Source: Escherichia phage 310Ecol104PP
Length of the DNA stretch: 64,000 nucleotides
Sequence record: OR062946.1
Direction: 5' to 3' (one strand)
Of the stretch, positions 38,325 through 47,748 are shown in pieces. Position numbers and translations under genes: made by a program. The notes under the pieces were generated by a model. It had not been told where the DNA came from and did no database searches. It worked only from the letters and a program-made list of their open reading frames with translations. Within the stretch, counting starts at the first letter, position 1; every line of letters starts with the position of its first letter.

Positions 38325-39419
38325 ATGGCAATTGTTAAAGAAATAACTACTGATTTAATTAAAAAGTCCGGTGAGAAAATTTCAGCCGGACAGAGCACTA
38401 AATCAGAAGTAGTAACTAAAACATACACTGCCCAGTTTCCAACTGGGCGTGCTAGTGGTAATGACACTACAGGGGACTTCCAGGTAACAGATCTATATAA
38501 GAATGGATTATTATTTACTGCATACAATATGTCATCTAGGGATTCTGGAAGTCTTAGATCGATGAGATCTAACTACTCTTCTTCATCTTCGAGTATTTTA
38601 AGTACAGCTAGAAACACTATTAGTAGTACAGTATCAAAACTATCAAATGGATTAATATCAAATAATAATTCAGGAACAATAAGTAAAGCTCCTGTGGCAA
38701 ATATTCTTTTGCCGAGATCTAAATCTGACGTTGATACATCATCACATAGATTTAATGATGTTCAAGAAAGTCTTATCAGCAGAGGCGGAGGTACTGCTAC
38801 TGGTGTGCTAAGTAATATTGCTTCAACTGCAGTATTTGGAGCACTGGAAAGTATAACACAAGGTATAATGGCTGATAATAATGAACAAATATACACTACG
38901 GCTCGAAGTATGTATGGTGGTGCTGAAAATAGAACTAAAGTGTTTACTTGGGATTTGACTCCACGTTCAACAGAAGATTTAATGGCTATTATTAATATCT
39001 ATCAATATTTTAACTATTTTTCTTATGGTGAAACTGGTAAATCTCAATATGCTGCTGAAATAAAGGGGTATTTAGATGATTGGTATCGTTCTACGTTAAT
39101 TGAACCTTTATCTCCGGAAGACGCAGCTAAAAATAAAACACTATTTGAGAAAATGACATCGAGTTTAACTAACGTTCTAGTAGTTTCAAACCCGACAATT
39201 TGGATGGTGAAAAACTTTGGTGCAACATCTAAGTTTGATGGAAAAACGGAAATATTTGGCCCATGCCAAATACAGAGCATCAGATTTGATAAAACACCTA
39301 ATGGTAACTTTAACGGATTAGCTATTGCTCCAAACCTCCCTAGTACATTTACTCTTGAGATTACTATGAGAGAAATTATTACGTTAAACCGTGCTTCTTT
39401 ATATGCGGGGACTTTTTAA
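38325..39419 (+). CDS. 48: baseplate-tail tube junction protein gp48
   Basis: 364 aa, T4 gp48 length. Confidence 0.9.
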   Translation: MAIVKEITTDLIKKSGEKISAGQSTKSEVVTKTYTAQFPTGRASGNDTTGDFQVTDLYKNGLLFTAYNMSSRDSGSLRSMRSNYSSSSSSILSTARNTISSTVSKLSNGLISNNNSGTISKAPVANILLPRSKSDVDTSSHRFNDVQESLISRGGGTATGVLSNIASTAVFGALESITQGIMADNNEQIYTTARSMYGGAENRTKVFTWDLTPRSTEDLMAIINIYQYFNYFSYGETGKSQYAAEIKGYLDDWYRSTLIEPLSPEDAAKNKTLFEKMTSSLTNVLVVSNPTIWMVKNFGATSKFDGKTEIFGPCQIQSIRFDKTPNGNFNGLAIAPNLPSTFTLEITMREIITLNRASLYAGTF

Positions 39420-40384
39420 TGTATTCTTTAGAGGAATTTAATAATCAAGCAATAAACGCAGATTTCCAACGTAATAATATGTTTAGCTGCGTTTTTGCAA
39501 CAACTCCATCAACTAAAAGCTCTTCGTTGATAAGTTCAATTAGCAACTTTTCTTATAATAACTTGGGCCTAAATTCAGATTGGTTAGGATTAACTCAAGG
39601 TGATATTAATCAGGGAATTACTACGCTAATTACAGCTGGCACACAAAAACTGATAAGAAAATCAGGGGTTAGTAAATATCTTATTGGTGCCATGAGTCAA
39701 CGTACAGTTCAAAGTTTATTAGGCTCATTTACAGTTGGTACATATTTAATTGACTTCTTTAACATGGCATATAACTCATCTGGATTGATGATATACTCTG
39801 TAAAAATGCCAGAGAATAGATTATCCTATGAAACTGACTGGAACTACAATTCTCCTAATATTCGCATAACCGGGAGAGAATTAGACCCTTTGGTTATTTC
39901 ATTTAGAATGGATTCAGAAGCTTGTAACTATCGTGCAATGCAAGACTGGGTTAACTCCGTTCAAGACCCAGTAACTGGATTACGTGCTTTGCCACAAGAT
40001 GTCGAGGCAGATATTCAGGTTAATCTTCATTCTCGTAATGGATTACCTCATACTGCGGTGATGTTCACTGGATGCATTCCAATATCAGTGAGCGCTCCTG
40101 AGTTATCATATGATGGAGATAACCAAATAACTACATTTGACGTTACTTTTGCGTATAGAGTGATGCAGGCTGGAGCAGTTGATAGGCAAGCTGCGCTTGA
40201 ATGGCTTGAATCTGCTGCTATAAATGGTATTCAAAGCGTTCTCGGAAATAGTGGAGGTGTTACTGGACTATCTAATTCGCTTTCACGACTCAGTAGATTA
40301 GGGGGAACTGCAGGAAGCATTTCAAACATTAATACTATGACAGGAATTGTCAATTCGCAAAGTAAAATATTAGGAGCAATATAA
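39419..40384 (+). CDS. 54: baseplate-tail tube initiator gp54
   Basis: 321 aa; synteny; followed by hairpin terminator. Confidence 0.9.
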   Translation: MYSLEEFNNQAINADFQRNNMFSCVFATTPSTKSSSLISSISNFSYNNLGLNSDWLGLTQGDINQGITTLITAGTQKLIRKSGVSKYLIGAMSQRTVQSLLGSFTVGTYLIDFFNMAYNSSGLMIYSVKMPENRLSYETDWNYNSPNIRITGRELDPLVISFRMDSEACNYRAMQDWVNSVQDPVTGLRALPQDVEADIQVNLHSRNGLPHTAVMFTGCIPISVSAPELSYDGDNQITTFDVTFAYRVMQAGAVDRQAALEWLESAAINGIQSVLGNSGGVTGLSNSLSRLSRLGGTAGSISNINTMTGIVNSQSKILGAI

Positions 40385-40386
40385 CA

Positions 40387-40418
40387 ATGGGGACCTTTCG
40401 GTCCCCATATTTTTATTT
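40387..40418 (+). terminator. intrinsic terminator after gene 54
   Basis: ATGGGGACC-TTTC-GGTCCCCAT followed by ATTTTTATTT. Confidence 0.8.
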
Positions 40419-40703
40419 ACGGAATGAAATAAAAGCAGCAACTGAAGCAACTAAACTGTCTTCAATATAAACCTCAATTTTTACCGGAGCTTCTGACTCA
40501 AATTTACCTGTTACTACACCTTGGAAAATACTTTCAGTCTGTTCTGGCTTTAAAAAATTTTCAGAAGGAAAAATTCCGAACTTTTTATCTGTTCCAAAAA
40601 TTTTGATAAATTCATCGTAAACTGCTTCATTAAAAGCATTATCAGCAGGAATAACGCCTTCAACTACAAGTTCTTGACCTAAAAAGCGCAAAGAAGATTT
40701 CAT
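40413..40703 (-). CDS. hypothetical protein (T4 alt.-3-like position)
   Basis: 96 aa ORF with GAGGAA Shine-Dalgarno; early-type promoter cassette upstream. Confidence 0.65.
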   Translation of the reverse strand: MKSSLRFLGQELVVEGVIPADNAFNEAVYDEFIKIFGTDKKFGIFPSENFLKPEQTESIFQGVVTGKFESEAPVKIEVYIEDSLVASVAAFISFRK

Positions 40704-40709
40704 TTTGTG

Positions 40710-40765
40710 TTCCTCATGTTATGTCAGTAAGACTACTATAACACAACACGAGGGACTTGTAAACT
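40710..40765 (-). promoter_or_regulatory. early promoter/leader cassette, copy A, upstream of the alt.-3-like ORF
   Basis: Minus-strand GTTTAC - 18 nt - TATAGT then leader with GAGGAA; about 51 of 53 nt identical to copy B. Confidence 0.5.
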
Positions 40766-42821
40766 ACATCTTGAACTTTTTAGACATTCCGTTGATGTTA
40801 ATCAAAGAAGCCAAGATTTGAGAAACTTCGTTTTCCTCTTCTTTTGATTCTTCTACAAGGAATTGATTAAATCCAGCCATTGGACGAACTTCACCAGTTT
40901 CCATTAAATGGTCGCCATCATATACTGATTCTTCTAATTGTTCAGAAGGAGGAACGATTGTACCTTCGATTAGATACTTGTTATAAGCAGTTTCTTTCAT
41001 AAAGTACGTACTTACTTTATTAATCTTCAGTAAAATTCCACGCGGTAGAATAACTTCAGCTTCTGATGGAAATCCTGATAAATGACCTGGAACGATAACT
41101 TTGATTCGCTCAGCTCCTTTAATTACCATACCCACGCTAGTTTCAGCATCTTCAATGGCATATGTAGAATGACTACCCATATGCATTAAATCTTCTGCAT
41201 CAACGGAACCTTCTCCTTCGCCAGAAAATACTGCGCCGGAATCATCTAGAGCCATATAGTTTTTACCATGCTCACCGAAGATATTTGGTTTAAGTGATGT
41301 CGATACGAAGTTCTTGAAATAGAACATTTTGTTTTCAATGTTATGACGCAAAGTTTTAAAGGTAACTTCTTGTCCACGGTAAAGTGTAGTTCCTGGAGGA
41401 AGAACTGATCCTTTGGCAAAGGCAGAATCCAACGTCTCGATGTGCTTAATAGCTCGTTCCATATATTCTTCACGGGTAGAATCTGGTTTACCCAAAAGGA
41501 ACGAGTTCATTTCAACATATGAATCTGCACAATAATCTTCAATTACATCAGATTCAGCTTGGGTTAATCCTTTTGGAGTTACTTCGGTGCTTGCGTATTC
41601 ATATGCCTGGGCAGCAGATTCATTAATCAATTTATAAATGCCATTCATGACAAATTGAATAATAGCTGTCTTTTCATCTGGCGTAGCTTTAGAACCTTTA
41701 ACTAAATCATTAATAATTTTCTTAATAACATCAAAGCTATTAGAAATATTAATGTCAGCAAGATCGCTTAAAATTTTATCAGTTTTATAATCAAAGAATT
41801 CTTTATTCTTTAAATATTCTTGAGAACCTTGATATGTTATATCGCTCTGCAACTTGATAGATGGATCACGTAAACGTGCATGGGCTAATGCAATATGATT
41901 TCGGAAGTTTTCTAGTTCGTAATCGCTAGATTTAAAACGAGAAGCACTTCTCATACCACCAATAGCTCCTTTGCTGAAGTTTGAACCAATCTGAATAACG
42001 CCAGAGTTCATTGGTCCTTCTGCTTTATACACCGGAACTTTAGATTCAAACTCTTGATATTTCTTAGCAGCGAAGCTATCACCATGAAGTGAAGCATCGA
42101 CAGTAGAATATTGAGCTTGTGCTGCTAATCGACGACTAATTTTAGTTTTCTGAATAACAGCTTGATCAGTGCGCTTATCATTTTCTAAAGCAATAGAAGC
42201 AGCAACAGCGACAGCTTTAGGAACAGCATTACCTGTTTTAACGTCTACATAAACATCACCAACCTTTGATTCAACTTTTGTGAATAACTCAGTTGAAATA
42301 GGAGGTACACCTGGAATGTCTTCTAAATTGGCATTTTTACGGTAAACCATAATATATGCATATTTCTTATCATAGTCCCAGATTTCCTTTAAGAGAACAT
42401 ATCGACCTGCTCCTTTAGTACGTACTAAACGGTCAGCAATAACTTGCATTTGACGAGCTGCGCCATTTGTTTTACTCTTTAGTACGCGGAATAGGCATGC
42501 GTCGATTTTATACTGTTTCATTGTTTGAAGAGCAGTATCAAAAACAGCATTAATGACGCCAATTGGATTTCCACCCAAGTTTCTAAGCTTAACCAGCGAT
42601 AATTTCTCGTTGACACCTATCATTACGATATGCATCATTTTATCGCCCGGCTTAACGTTTTTATTTGTATCACCGCCAGAGGTGTATGTACAAAATCTAA
42701 ATCCAGGAAGCACGCTTTCTTCACCGGCTTGAATAGCAAAAATTTGAGGTATTTTATGCTTAGGATTTAAGTTAACAACCGGCGCCGAAGCGCCGTCAAA
42801 TAATTCTGTAATAAGTTCCAT
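40764..42821 (-). CDS. Alt-family ADP-ribosyltransferase paralog (685 aa), probable packaged internal protein
   Basis: N-terminus MELITELFDG; C-terminal R (TTLYRGQ), STS (FVSTSL) and EAE (SEAEVILPRG) motifs. Confidence 0.85.
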   Translation of the reverse strand: MELITELFDGASAPVVNLNPKHKIPQIFAIQAGEESVLPGFRFCTYTSGGDTNKNVKPGDKMMHIVMIGVNEKLSLVKLRNLGGNPIGVINAVFDTALQTMKQYKIDACLFRVLKSKTNGAARQMQVIADRLVRTKGAGRYVLLKEIWDYDKKYAYIMVYRKNANLEDIPGVPPISTELFTKVESKVGDVYVDVKTGNAVPKAVAVAASIALENDKRTDQAVIQKTKISRRLAAQAQYSTVDASLHGDSFAAKKYQEFESKVPVYKAEGPMNSGVIQIGSNFSKGAIGGMRSASRFKSSDYELENFRNHIALAHARLRDPSIKLQSDITYQGSQEYLKNKEFFDYKTDKILSDLADINISNSFDVIKKIINDLVKGSKATPDEKTAIIQFVMNGIYKLINESAAQAYEYASTEVTPKGLTQAESDVIEDYCADSYVEMNSFLLGKPDSTREEYMERAIKHIETLDSAFAKGSVLPPGTTLYRGQEVTFKTLRHNIENKMFYFKNFVSTSLKPNIFGEHGKNYMALDDSGAVFSGEGEGSVDAEDLMHMGSHSTYAIEDAETSVGMVIKGAERIKVIVPGHLSGFPSEAEVILPRGILLKINKVSTYFMKETAYNKYLIEGTIVPPSEQLEESVYDGDHLMETGEVRPMAGFNQFLVEESKEEENEVSQILASLININGMSKKFKM

Positions 42822-42824
42822 GAT

Positions 42825-44921
42825 TTATCCTTGAACGAACTTGTAAGGCATGTTTGTAATATCTATGCAAGACGCAATAATTCCAAGAGATGATTCTACT
42901 TTCTGTTTAATATTTGATGAAACAAATGATGCAAAGTCAACTCTGTCTTCTATTTCAATATCACCTGTCATTGCAACTACTTCGCCGGTTTCCATTAAAT
43001 GGTCTCCGTCATAGATTACCGATTCAGTGAGTTCTTCTGTGGTCATAACTTCAGCTTGAATGAGTTTTGTATTATTAGACGTGGTTCCGTCATTATTAGA
43101 AGCATCAGTTATTTTATTAACTTTAACCATCAATCCGCGCGGTAGAATAACTTCAGCTTCTGTTGCTATTCCGAGACTTCCTGGATATACAACATTAACT
43201 TTATGAGCTCCATCAATTGCCCATCCTATTTGAACTTTAACGTATTCAGGATTTTCTTTATACGCTCTTATTTCGTTTGGATTAATAGTTATTCCTTCTT
43301 CATTTTTATCAACCGTTAATTCGTTACGAGCTTCTGGTTCTAAAAGACCAATACCAGCATGTGTAATTCCAAAACGCCCAAAAATGATAGGAGTTAAAGA
43401 AGTAGATACAAAATTTCTGAAATAGAACACTTTATTTTTAACTAGTGCTTCGTATATAGGAGCAGTCATACTTTGAGCACGATAAACTGTGATGCCTTCC
43501 GGTATGCGGTCACCATTTTCAAAAGCTGAATCTAAGTTATTTATAGCAGATTCAATTTCTTTTTCACTCATTACATCATATCGTTCTGGATTGTAACGAC
43601 CTAAAAGAAGATTATTAATGTCAGTATATCCTGAACCACAATACTCTCTAATGCCGCGCTTTTGTGATGGAGTATATTTAGAACCATCACGGGCAATAGT
43701 AATATCAATCATTGGACCTGCACCAATTCCAGAAAAACTATAAATCATTCTTTTGAGGAATTTAGTTTTTGCTGCGTTCCAGGAATTTTTAGTCATTTCT
43801 TCCCAGACTTCATCTGGCTGCCCTTTACGAGTTTTATTATGTTTATCAAGCCAATTATCTTTATATTCTTCAAAGAGTTGATTAACAGCTGCTGCGTATT
43901 TCTCTAAACATTTTATTGAAGTAGTTGGTTCATTTTTAATCGCATTAAGAATTACATCTTTAATTTTTTCAGAAACTTCATTAACCTCACTTTTTGAAAA
44001 GAATTTATAGTCATAATGAAGTTCATTCGCAGTTCCTTCGGCAATAATTTTTGCTGCCTTAGTTTTAGAAGCTAATGAATTAATTCCAAGCTTCATTTCT
44101 TCTGCTTCGGGAATTAAAGGAGCGGTAGCAGGTTTATTGAAATTAGCTGCGGTAGATTCATACTTCTGGAATAATTCACTTTCAAATCTAGAAGATTCCA
44201 ATGATTGACTTTGCGCAATTGCTCTACGGGAAATTTTAACTTTAACGATTACAGCTTGGTCAGAACGTTTATCATTTTCTTGTGCAATAGATGCTGCAAT
44301 TGCCTCATTTTTAGTTACTTGAGCTCCAGTATCTTTATTGATATAAACATCGCCGACTTTCGATTCAACTTTAGTAAAGAGCTCGGTACTAATTTCCGGA
44401 ACTCCTGGAATGTCTTCTAGTGATACATTTTTGCGATGTATAAGAATATATGCATACTTTTTATCATAATCCCAGAGTTCCTTAAGAAGGACGTATCTGC
44501 CACCTGAACGACTACGGATAAGTCTATCAGCAATAACTTGAATTTGTCGAGCTTGACCAGCGGTTTTAGACTTAAGAATACGAAGCATACAAGCATCAAT
44601 TTTATACTGACGCATTGTTTGCATTGCAACAGTAAAAACTGAATTGATATAATTAATTGGGCTTGGACCGAGACCTTTTAATTTAGCAATTGAACCTTTG
44701 GCAGTTAATGTAAAAGGAACAATATGCATCATTTTATCGCCCATCTTTAAATCGCGATTAGTATCACCTCCAGATGTATAGGTGCATAAACGAAAGCCTG
44801 GTTGTTCAATTGCATCATCAACACGAACTGAAAAAATTTGCGGTATTTTCTTCTTTGGATTTAAGTTTGTAATCGGAAGAGTAGTATCTTCGTCAAATAA
44901 TTCTGTAATAAGTTCCATCAT
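42825..44921 (-). CDS. alt: Alt ADP-ribosyltransferase (698 aa), packaged internal protein
   Basis: N-terminus MMELITELFDED; motifs R (ITVYRAQ), STS (FVSTSL), EAE (TEAEVILPRG); TATAAATA-type late promoter on the minus strand about 20 nt upstream. Confidence 0.8.
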   Translation of the reverse strand: MMELITELFDEDTTLPITNLNPKKKIPQIFSVRVDDAIEQPGFRLCTYTSGGDTNRDLKMGDKMMHIVPFTLTAKGSIAKLKGLGPSPINYINSVFTVAMQTMRQYKIDACMLRILKSKTAGQARQIQVIADRLIRSRSGGRYVLLKELWDYDKKYAYILIHRKNVSLEDIPGVPEISTELFTKVESKVGDVYINKDTGAQVTKNEAIAASIAQENDKRSDQAVIVKVKISRRAIAQSQSLESSRFESELFQKYESTAANFNKPATAPLIPEAEEMKLGINSLASKTKAAKIIAEGTANELHYDYKFFSKSEVNEVSEKIKDVILNAIKNEPTTSIKCLEKYAAAVNQLFEEYKDNWLDKHNKTRKGQPDEVWEEMTKNSWNAAKTKFLKRMIYSFSGIGAGPMIDITIARDGSKYTPSQKRGIREYCGSGYTDINNLLLGRYNPERYDVMSEKEIESAINNLDSAFENGDRIPEGITVYRAQSMTAPIYEALVKNKVFYFRNFVSTSLTPIIFGRFGITHAGIGLLEPEARNELTVDKNEEGITINPNEIRAYKENPEYVKVQIGWAIDGAHKVNVVYPGSLGIATEAEVILPRGLMVKVNKITDASNNDGTTSNNTKLIQAEVMTTEELTESVIYDGDHLMETGEVVAMTGDIEIEDRVDFASFVSSNIKQKVESSLGIIASCIDITNMPYKFVQG

Positions 44922-44941
44922 AGCCTCTCTAGTGTTTATTC

Positions 44942-44949
44942 TATTTATA
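44942..44949 (-). promoter_or_regulatory. late promoter for alt
   Basis: Minus-strand TATAAATA about 20 nt upstream of the alt ATG. Confidence 0.6.
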
Positions 44950-44954
44950 AAATT

Positions 44955-44972
44955 AAAGGCCCGAAGGCCTTT
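44955..44972 (-). terminator. hairpin between gene 30 operon and alt
   Basis: AAAGGCC-CGAA-GGCCTTT. Confidence 0.55.
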
Positions 44973-45159
44973 AATAATCTATTGGTAAGAGAGTACGATA
45001 TATTTCAAACTTTGGACCTTTTTCATAAGCATCAAAAGTTTCTGTGAATTTATTATAAGCATATGCATCTATAAATTCAATCATGATTTGTGATACAGAA
45101 GTAGAAACATCTCCACCTTCTTTTTGAGCCACGACAATTGTTTCTAAGTAAGCTTTCAT
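44971..45159 (-). CDS. hypothetical protein (T4 alt.1-like position)
   Basis: 62 aa ORF whose start overlaps the gene 30 stop (ATGA). Confidence 0.6.
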   Translation of the reverse strand: MKAYLETIVVAQKEGGDVSTSVSQIMIEFIDAYAYNKFTETFDAYEKGPKFEIYRTLLPIDY

Positions 45160-46619
45160 AGACCAGTTACCTCATGAAAATCACCAAATACATCTTCGAA
45201 TGTATTAGCTTTAGTTTTATCTTCACGTAAACGAATCGCAATCGGAAGAAATAATTTAACGTAATCAGTGCGGCCATCGGATTTTAACCAACCGTTGCAT
45301 TCGCACTCTAGAATTTTTCCAATATAATAATTTTGGTTTTCCATAATGCGAGTACGGTCAAGTTCATGTGATTTTACACCGGCTTTATCTTTTAAGCCTG
45401 AACCAGCATTTACTTTAATTTTTCCACACTCTGATTCAAGAATAAATCCACCTGCTTTAGTAGGGTCTTTACGGTGAGGATAAATTCCTACAATTTTTAA
45501 ATCAACATCAATTACTTCTTTAAATTTATAGAGATTTTTTGAACGAGCATTTTCCCACAATCCATCGGTATTTTTGAGAATAATACCTTCAAGACCTTGG
45601 TCAATATACTTTTTATAAATTACCTTAGCTTCATCTAGGTTATTTACTACCTGGTTTTCAATTAAAATTACTTTATCATATCCTGATGTCATTTGTTCTA
45701 GTTTAGAAAAACGTACATCATATTTTAAACGAAATGCTGGAAGACCGTATATTTCTACCAACGGAACATAATCCCAGACCTGAAACTTCATGCATTGAGC
45801 TTCTTTTTCTGAAATAGTTCCCTTTAAAGATTTATTAGCGATTCCATTAGAAGTAGTACGTGATTCAGCTACTTCAGCAAACTCTTTAGCTTTACTAATT
45901 TCAGGATAAGCATCAAAAAGAAAATCTAGGCCTTCTGGCTCCTTTTTAACTTGCTCATGGTATACCAATTCGCCATCAATTAACACACCTTCTGGATGAA
46001 TCTGGCGGGCTTCAGCGGTCATTTTGATTAACTCTTCCTTAAGAAGATCTAATCCTAGATATTCATTACCAGCTCGTGATAAAAGACGGACATCATCTAA
46101 TTCATCACCTCTAACTTCAGCAAAACACCGAGCTCCATCTGCTTTTAATTGTGCAAAGGCTGGAAATTTGATATTCTTACTAATGCCTTTTTCATCATAA
46201 GAACTTGCGAGCATTTGAGGTTGTTCAGGAATTAAACCTGGCCAAACTTTGTTCGCAATAGATACTGAAGCGCCACATTCAAGATCTCGCATCATCACTC
46301 GACGCAAAACTTCAACATCATCTTTTTTACCATCGGTGATGTATCCAGTTAATTCCTCAATTGCAGCATTTCCAGTCAATTTCCGAGTAGCTAACGTGAA
46401 TTCAATGAAGTCAAGCATATCGGTAATAGTCAGCATTCCAAAACTCTGGGTAGCAATACCAGGTTTAGGCCATTTCTTTATATAATACTGTAACCCACGA
46501 GAATAAGTCAGACGATATACTCGTTTAAGCAATTCATTATCTTTATTCTTTTCAAGAATTGCTTGCTTCTGCTTAGTTGAACCAATAGATGCTATTTCGT
46601 TCAGAATTTTAAGAATCAT
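45156..46619 (-). CDS. 30: ATP-dependent DNA ligase gp30
   Basis: 487 aa; N-terminus MILKILNEIASIGSTKQKQAILEKN; adenylation motif KADGAR. Confidence 0.95.
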   Translation of the reverse strand: MILKILNEIASIGSTKQKQAILEKNKDNELLKRVYRLTYSRGLQYYIKKWPKPGIATQSFGMLTITDMLDFIEFTLATRKLTGNAAIEELTGYITDGKKDDVEVLRRVMMRDLECGASVSIANKVWPGLIPEQPQMLASSYDEKGISKNIKFPAFAQLKADGARCFAEVRGDELDDVRLLSRAGNEYLGLDLLKEELIKMTAEARQIHPEGVLIDGELVYHEQVKKEPEGLDFLFDAYPEISKAKEFAEVAESRTTSNGIANKSLKGTISEKEAQCMKFQVWDYVPLVEIYGLPAFRLKYDVRFSKLEQMTSGYDKVILIENQVVNNLDEAKVIYKKYIDQGLEGIILKNTDGLWENARSKNLYKFKEVIDVDLKIVGIYPHRKDPTKAGGFILESECGKIKVNAGSGLKDKAGVKSHELDRTRIMENQNYYIGKILECECNGWLKSDGRTDYVKLFLPIAIRLREDKTKANTFEDVFGDFHEVTGL

Positions 46620-46885
46620 TGTTCATCCTTTAGAGTTTGGTTTACAGCTCTATTATAAATCAATTCATCATTAAGCTCAGTCAAAGACCTATGGTACGTG
46701 GTTCTAACTTTATTTCCTTGCATCCAGTGTTTGACGTAAATGAAACCTTGCTCTACACATTTTTTAAAAATTCGTTCGTCTTTTTGAGCTCGGAATTCTG
46801 GATTGCATCTAAAAAATTGATTTACGTGACCGTAATCACGTGTAGTATTACCTTCATTTTCATAAATAGTGTGAACGACAAACAT
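46616..46885 (-). CDS. hypothetical protein (T4 30.1-like position)
   Basis: 89 aa ORF; stop overlaps gene 30 start (ATGA). Confidence 0.65.
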   Translation of the reverse strand: MFVVHTIYENEGNTTRDYGHVNQFFRCNPEFRAQKDERIFKKCVEQGFIYVKHWMQGNKVRTTYHRSLTELNDELIYNRAVNQTLKDEQ

Positions 46886-47748
46886 TAGAATGCTCCTTGG
46901 AAAATATTATCACCACTAGTAAATCTATTAAAATACCCTGCATCACCAGGCTTAGTATAACTCCACGTATGGAATGGATTCATATGATACGGGTGTGTAT
47001 AATATGGATTATATGGATGTGTATAATATGGATTATACGGATTAAATCCAGGAGTTCTCCAGGTAGTGTTCCAACGAAAAGAATCGTTTTTAACCATCTT
47101 CTCAATTACATCTTTTATAGCTTTTTCACTATCAAAACTTTCTTTATTTTCCTTCGGTGAAAAAAGCTTATTTTCTACATCATTCCATGTATAAACTCGC
47201 TGAGCGGTTTTTGGAATATTGTCACGCTCTCCTCGCGCCATCCAATAAACAGGAACATTTAATATTTCACTCGCATGATCGCAGTGGTGAGCGAGATCGT
47301 CAATATAACAAATTACGTTATATTTCTCTTTTGCCTTTTTGAACAACTCTTCTTTTGAAGAATCATGACCACACATCATTACTTCTGAGAAGGCACCAGG
47401 AAAAAGAGCATTCAAATTAAATTGACGATTCAACAGAGCGTCAATAGAATCACCCAACGCTGTAACAGCTACAAAATTATAATCTTCTTTTAATTTGTTA
47501 ATTACGCACAGGGCGTCTTTATATGGAGACAAATAACGAATAAAATCTGAACGATTGTATTTTTCAATTAACTTGACGCCAAGTTCTTCATCACAATTAA
47601 AGAGTTTACCCGGAGAAATAAATTTCTCATCTTGAATCATTTTTAAAATATGTTCTAACGGAAGATTATATTTCTGAGCAAAATAAGGAAGGCCTGATTG
47701 CCAGCTTAAACATACTCCATCAATATCAGTTAAAATAGTAGGCTTCAT
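46885..47748 (-). CDS. HAD-superfamily phosphatase-like protein with Pro/Tyr-rich repeat tail (T4 30.2-like position)
   Basis: 287 aa; N-terminal motif ILTDIDGVCL (HAD motif I, DxDGV); C-terminal NPYNPYYTHPYNPYYTHPY encoded by a 24-bp tandem repeat. Confidence 0.7.
   Translation of the reverse strand: MKPTILTDIDGVCLSWQSGLPYFAQKYNLPLEHILKMIQDEKFISPGKLFNCDEELGVKLIEKYNRSDFIRYLSPYKDALCVINKLKEDYNFVAVTALGDSIDALLNRQFNLNALFPGAFSEVMMCGHDSSKEELFKKAKEKYNVICYIDDLAHHCDHASEILNVPVYWMARGERDNIPKTAQRVYTWNDVENKLFSPKENKESFDSEKAIKDVIEKMVKNDSFRWNTTWRTPGFNPYNPYYTHPYNPYYTHPYHMNPFHTWSYTKPGDAGYFNRFTSGDNIFQGAF
46993..47040 (-). repeat. 24-bp tandem direct repeat (2 copies) inside the HAD-like gene
   Basis: ggtgtgtataatatggattata / ggatgtgtataatatggattata; encodes YTHPYNPY twice. 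Confidence 0.7.

Noticed and set aside
34120-40384. Possible long plus-strand overlap of gene 28 with gene 27 as a sign of frameshift or pseudogene
   Set aside because: Both ORFs are full length with T4-like sizes (391 and 177 aa); the overlap looks like normal compact gene packing
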